Positions 60,584-64,000 of a DNA stretch of 64,000 bases are shown here, one piece after another; position 1 is the stretch's first letter, and each line of letters begins with the position of its first letter. This stretch comes from Nitrospiraceae bacterium. Lineage in GTDB: Bacteria; Nitrospirota; Nitrospiria; Nitrospirales; Nitrospiraceae. The DNA lies in NCBI GenBank assembly GCA_050246315.1, contig JBFWWG010000012.1, positions 54,543 through 118,542 of the forward strand, written 5' to 3'. The notes under the pieces were generated by a model. It saw nothing but the letters and a program-made list of their open reading frames with translations. It was not told the origin of the DNA and did no database searches. A program made the position numbers and the translations under genes.

Positions 60584-61885
60584 ATGGATGATTCAGGAGA
60601 AAGGTCGATAACCCCACAGCCTGAGGATCAGGCAGTCGGAGCGACGGAAGGCTCTTTGGACGAGCATCGGCATGAGCCGCTGGTAAACCGTCGCGCGTGG
60701 CTCAGTCAGGCGGCCGCGGTCGTGGGAGTCGCCGTCGGCGAGGCCATGCTCGGTCCCGTTCGCGCAGAAGAGCCGTCGCCCCCGGCCGATCCGACGAAGG
60801 TACCCGGGTCTCCACCCAGCGGATACGGACAGCGCTCGGCATTCGAGGCAAGCACGCGGGTGGGTCGATCCTGGTGGTCTTCTCTCACTCCTCTCCAGGA
60901 TCTTCACGGCATCGTCACCCCCGCATCCTTGCACTTCGAACGCCACCACAACGGCATCCCGACCATCGATCCATCTCGTCACCGGCTTCTCGTCCATGGG
61001 CTGGTCGAGCGACCGCTGATCTTCACCGTCGAAGAGCTGAAGCGATTTCCCTCAGTGTCGCGTCTCCTCTTCATCGAGTGCTCGGGAAATTCGGCTCCCG
61101 AATGGCGAACCTCCAACGGACAGACCGCCCAGCAGACCCACGGACTCACGAGCACCAATGAATGGACCGGCGTGCCCCTGTCGACGATCCTCGAAGAAGT
61201 CGGCGTCAAACGCGAGGGCACCTGGATGCTGGCGGAAGGCAGCGACGCCGCAGCCATGACCCGTAGCCTCCCCCTGGCCGACATCCTGGGCGACGCGCTC
61301 CTCTGTTATGCGCAAAACGGTGAGGCTCTCAGGCCGGAACAGGGCTACCCGCTTCGGTTGGTGATTCCCGGTTGGGAGGGCAACACCTGCATCAAGTGGC
61401 TCAGACGTTTGAAGCTGGGGACCGCTCCCTTTATGACGCGCGAGGAGACGTCGCAATATACCGATCTCATGCCGGACGGTACGGCGCGGCAATTCACGAT
61501 GGTGATGGAGGCCAAGTCCGTCATCACCAGTCCTTCGGGTGGACAGACCATCCTGCCTGGCTTCATCGAAATCCGCGGACTCGCCTGGAGCGGACGCGGG
61601 ACGATCACCAAGGTGGAGGTCAGTACCGACGGAGGTCGTTCGTGGGAACAGGCTCGGCTTCAGGAGCCAGTCCTCTCCAAATGCCACACGCGGTTTCGTT
61701 TCCCCTGGCGGTGGGACGGAACCGAAACCATTCTTCAGAGTCGCTGCACGGACGAAACCGGATACGTGCAACCCAGCCGCGCGGCCCTTGTTGCCGTGCG
61801 CGGGGTCAATTCCGTCTACCACTACAACGCCATTCAGAGCTGGAAGATTTCGCCGGTCGGGCAGATCACCAATATCCATATCTAG
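60584..61885 (+). CDS. soxC: SoxC-type sulfite dehydrogenase, molybdopterin subunit
   Basis: Tat-like NRRAWL, TPLQDLHGIVTP.SLHFERHHNG, IECSGNS, EQGYPLRL..PGWEGN, NSVYHYNAIQSW. Confidence 0.9.
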   Translation: MDDSGERSITPQPEDQAVGATEGSLDEHRHEPLVNRRAWLSQAAAVVGVAVGEAMLGPVRAEEPSPPADPTKVPGSPPSGYGQRSAFEASTRVGRSWWSSLTPLQDLHGIVTPASLHFERHHNGIPTIDPSRHRLLVHGLVERPLIFTVEELKRFPSVSRLLFIECSGNSAPEWRTSNGQTAQQTHGLTSTNEWTGVPLSTILEEVGVKREGTWMLAEGSDAAAMTRSLPLADILGDALLCYAQNGEALRPEQGYPLRLVIPGWEGNTCIKWLRRLKLGTAPFMTREETSQYTDLMPDGTARQFTMVMEAKSVITSPSGGQTILPGFIEIRGLAWSGRGTITKVEVSTDGGRSWEQARLQEPVLSKCHTRFRFPWRWDGTETILQSRCTDETGYVQPSRAALVAVRGVNSVYHYNAIQSWKISPVGQITNIHI

Positions 61886-61912
61886 GGAAGGTCTGATCCA
61901 TTCCAAGTTCTA

Positions 61913-62006
61913 AGCAGCATGTTGAAAAAGACCGCCAGCATTGTTGAGACATCCCTTACGGTCTTCGATTGATGCAATGGGTCTGACGCGAGGAGGCCCA
62001 ACCCTG
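61913..62006. mobile_element. Partial family-1 MITE (left end)
   Basis: AGCAGCATGTTGAAAAAGACCGCCAGC...GGGTCTGACGCGAGGAGGCCCAACCCTG aligns with 8711-8802. Confidence 0.65.
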
Positions 62007-62065
62007 GAGGAGCGAAAGGGGTCTTTTTTTGACACGGACGTCCCGCGTTCGCTACCAGCTTCTTC

Positions 62066-62239
62066 ATGCCCTGCCGTCCCCGCATCGCGACAGGCGATCT
62101 CGCCTATCATGTCCTGAACCGGCGTGTCAGTCGCCTCCCCTTGCTCGGGCAGCCAGGTGACTACGCCGCGGTTGAGAGGATTCTGAAACGCAATGTGCTC
62201 CGTGGCGGAATAATGGTGTCACGGAATAGGTGGGAATAA
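62066..62239 (+). pseudogene. N-terminal fragment of a REP-associated tyrosine (Y1/HUH) transposase
   Basis: Manual translation MPCRPRIATGDLAYHVLNRRVSRLPLLGQPGDYAAVERIL; fits the MPR.PR......YHV.NR start of this family. Confidence 0.8.
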
Positions 62240-62279
62240 AGGTGTCACGAACCTTTGTCGATCTTTGGCTGCCCGCGTG

Positions 62280-62405
62280 GTCTGTCTGCTCCGCCACCGA
62301 CTGGACCAGCGCCACTCTTCCGCCTGAGTCACAAGGTTAGCTCGCAACGCATTCCGCTCAACATACTGACACACCGATAGGCAGTACTCATTCACCTGCA
62401 CGGAG
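62280..62405 (-). pseudogene. C-terminal fragment of a REP-associated tyrosine transposase, on the opposite strand
   Basis: VQVNEYCLSVCQYVERNALRANLVTQAEEWRWSS includes the catalytic Y..N region and the W.WSS motif. Confidence 0.8.
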
Positions 62406-62438
62406 AGGATTTGAACCGCCACTGATAGAGATGGCCCG

Positions 62439-62496
62439 AGGGTCAACTGACGGGGTCAAGGGTCAACTGACGGGGTCAGGCCTTGCATTGACACAT
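62439..62496 (+). repeat. 20-bp tandem duplication running into motif copy 3
   Basis: AGGGTCAACTGACGGGGTCA twice (62439-62478), continuing as GGGGTCAGGCCTTGCATTGACACAT (62472-62496). Confidence 0.8.
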
Positions 62497-62530
62497 CAAT
62501 TCACTTTTGGATCGAAATCATTCCCCCCAA

Positions 62531-62881
62531 TTATCCTCGCGGCTTGTTTCGAAGGCGTTGAGCGACCTCATGCACGTAGTCCGTATCCAACAATGTCAGT
62601 TCTAACCTGGTACTCGCGATGGAAAGGTCGTCGGCATCAAGACCAAAGTCGCCGACCGTACTGAGATCAGTAACCAGGGCATCTGGATGGTCCAGGGCCT
62701 CCAGCACAAATTCGACATACGACTCCAGCGTGTCTACCAAGGCCGTAGACGCGAGTTCGATGCGTCCATCCTCAGCGGCTTGGCGGATGGTTGCGATCCT
62801 TCGGCAATCAATGCAATCGAACTGCGGAATTTCGTGAGCAGGACAAGCGCGGCCCATTGGTTCTGGCGTTCTCCGTATCAC
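62531..62881 (-). CDS. Hypothetical protein
   Basis: 116-aa ORF with an N-terminal C..H......C..C and an acidic helical body. Confidence 0.55.
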   Translation of the reverse strand: MIRRTPEPMGRACPAHEIPQFDCIDCRRIATIRQAAEDGRIELASTALVDTLESYVEFVLEALDHPDALVTDLSTVGDFGLDADDLSIASTRLELTLLDTDYVHEVAQRLRNKPRG

Positions 62882-63054
62882 ATCACGAGGAGTATAACCT
62901 CTGTTCTTCAGAATAAAAGGCCGTCCATTCCTGGTTTCGTTCTAGGCAGTCACGTGATGAACAGGGCTATTCAATCGTACGAGGAGGAGAAAAGCGGAAG
63001 GGACCGCTGTTGGAGATAGGTCATGTCTGAAGGACACCGAGCTGGCCAATGAGC

Positions 63055-63285
63055 CTATCCTGCGGCAGCGATGGCCTGTTCAGCTTCACGCGGTAATTCA
63101 ACACGGAAAAAATAGGAGGCCGGATACAGGTAATCCTCACCAGATTCGTCGATCACGCGCAGATATCCGTCCTTCTCCACCTTTTCATCCGCGAGCACGC
63201 GATAGACCTTGCGCTTCTCAAGGTCCTCACAATCGTCATTCTTCACGCACAGCACAAACTTGCGGTCTCGCTGTTTTCGACGCAT
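63055..63285 (-). CDS. Small hypothetical protein, second gene of a TA-like pair
   Basis: SD GAGGA; FVLCVKN, LEKRKVY, LRVIDESGEDYLYPASYF. Confidence 0.8.
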   Translation of the reverse strand: MRRKQRDRKFVLCVKNDDCEDLEKRKVYRVLADEKVEKDGYLRVIDESGEDYLYPASYFFRVELPREAEQAIAAAG

Positions 63286-63295
63286 CCTGATCCTC

Positions 63296-63529
63296 TCAAT
63301 CCAAGAATCGCTTGATCTTCATATTCTTCCGACCGATCGCATGCTCCTCATGCCAATGGACTTCGGCCAATCGAGTTCCGCCATTCGTGAATTGCACCTG
63401 TGCCCGCCCTTTGAGCTTTCTCCATCGTCCAGCGCCATATTTCCGCCGCAGCCGCATAATATCCCTGATTCTGCCACCGATGGCTATTGTTTCAATTTCT
63501 TCGATCTCACCGACAATCTCGAAATACAA
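63296..63529 (-). CDS. Small basic hypothetical protein, first gene of a TA-like pair
   Basis: TTG start; YFEIVGEIEEIETIAIG..IRD..RLRRKYGAGRWRKLKG...AEVHW...IG....KIKRFLD. Confidence 0.75.
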   Translation of the reverse strand: MYFEIVGEIEEIETIAIGGRIRDIMRLRRKYGAGRWRKLKGRAQVQFTNGGTRLAEVHWHEEHAIGRKNMKIKRFLD

Positions 63530-63908
63530 ATGGCCATTGTAGGTTGAACCAGGGGAGGAGGCAATCTCCTCACCAGTGCTCAATCAGAAACCACGACACT
63601 GTGGCGATTCAAGGCGATCTTCTATCGCGCAGTTCCGTTCAAGCGCAGCTTCCAACGGAACGAGCGCTATCCCCCCTCCAGCGCTGTCGTGTGAATCGAA
63701 TGCCTGCTCCCAAAGGAGTTCCCGCAGGGCCTTCTTGTCATGCAGACGACCCTTGTGGCCGATGGCGTGATTGATCCTCACACTGCGCGCATCGACCGAG
63801 CACCGCCCATAATTTAATCATTCGATGGGTCCCGCGTGCGCGGTTGGCGAGCACAGAGGATCGGTCACGCCGTCGGCCCGCTGATTAAGAGTCAGCGCCC
63901 GGAAAATA

Positions 63909-63944
63909 AAAAAGCCTGCTGACCTTTCGATCAGCAGGCTTTTT
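63909..63944. terminator. Bidirectional intrinsic terminator downstream of 5S rRNA
   Basis: AAAAAGCCTGCTGA-CCTTTCGA-TCAGCAGGCTTTTT. Confidence 0.9.
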
Positions 63945-63947
63945 GAA

Positions 63948-64000
63948 CCCCGGCAGCGTTCTACTTTCCCACTGCCTCACAGCAGCAGTATCATCGACCC
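63948..64000 (-). rRNA. rrf: 5S rRNA, 3' part; runs off the right edge
   Basis: Reverse complement GGGTCGATGATACTGCTGCTGTGAGGCAGTGGGAAAGTAGAACGCTGCCGGG fits the 5S loop E/helix IV pattern (CGATGxTA...GxAAGTAG) and is followed by a terminator. Confidence 0.9.

Noticed and set aside
62900..63050. Integron attC site between small genes
   Set aside because: No RYYYAAC/GTTRRRY pair with internal symmetry, and no integrase.

Overview
GC-rich bacterial chromosome segment. Gene content and repeat families suggest a Nitrospira-like organism (inference). Left to right: (1) 1-6.4 kb, a type I-G (I-U) Cas effector operon on the minus strand (csb1/cas7, csb2, cas3 with C-terminal HD, start of cas8g2), preceded by a 53-codon stub of a second, different cas3. 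No CRISPR array is in the window. (2) 6.9-11.1 kb, a WYL regulator, twin palindromic boxes in front of a secreted Asn-Pro repeat protein, and decayed nucleotidyltransferase/PIN genes. (3) 11.1-29.2 kb, a type I secretion pair (hlyB/hlyD) and a 3159-aa RTX protein with an N-terminal lipase domain, preceded by three tandem cassettes of [~0.6-kb repeated leader + immunity-like gene + RTX 5' end]. The two upstream cassettes carry only truncated toxin starts. This cassette array is the strongest candidate for an undescribed system. (4) 29.4-53.4 kb, mostly housekeeping genes (udg, tldD-pmbA, uppS-cdsA-dxr-rseP-proS, GspE/PilB ATPase, RRM protein, GH13) with MITEs and a small ORF that appears to start at AUC. 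(5) 53.5-64 kb, an accessory patch with a duplicated TA pair, soxC without soxD, a scrambled REP-associated tyrosine transposase with a recurring GGGTCAGG(C/T)CTTG motif, and the 3' end of a 5S rRNA with its terminator. All family calls come from motif recognition; no searches were run.
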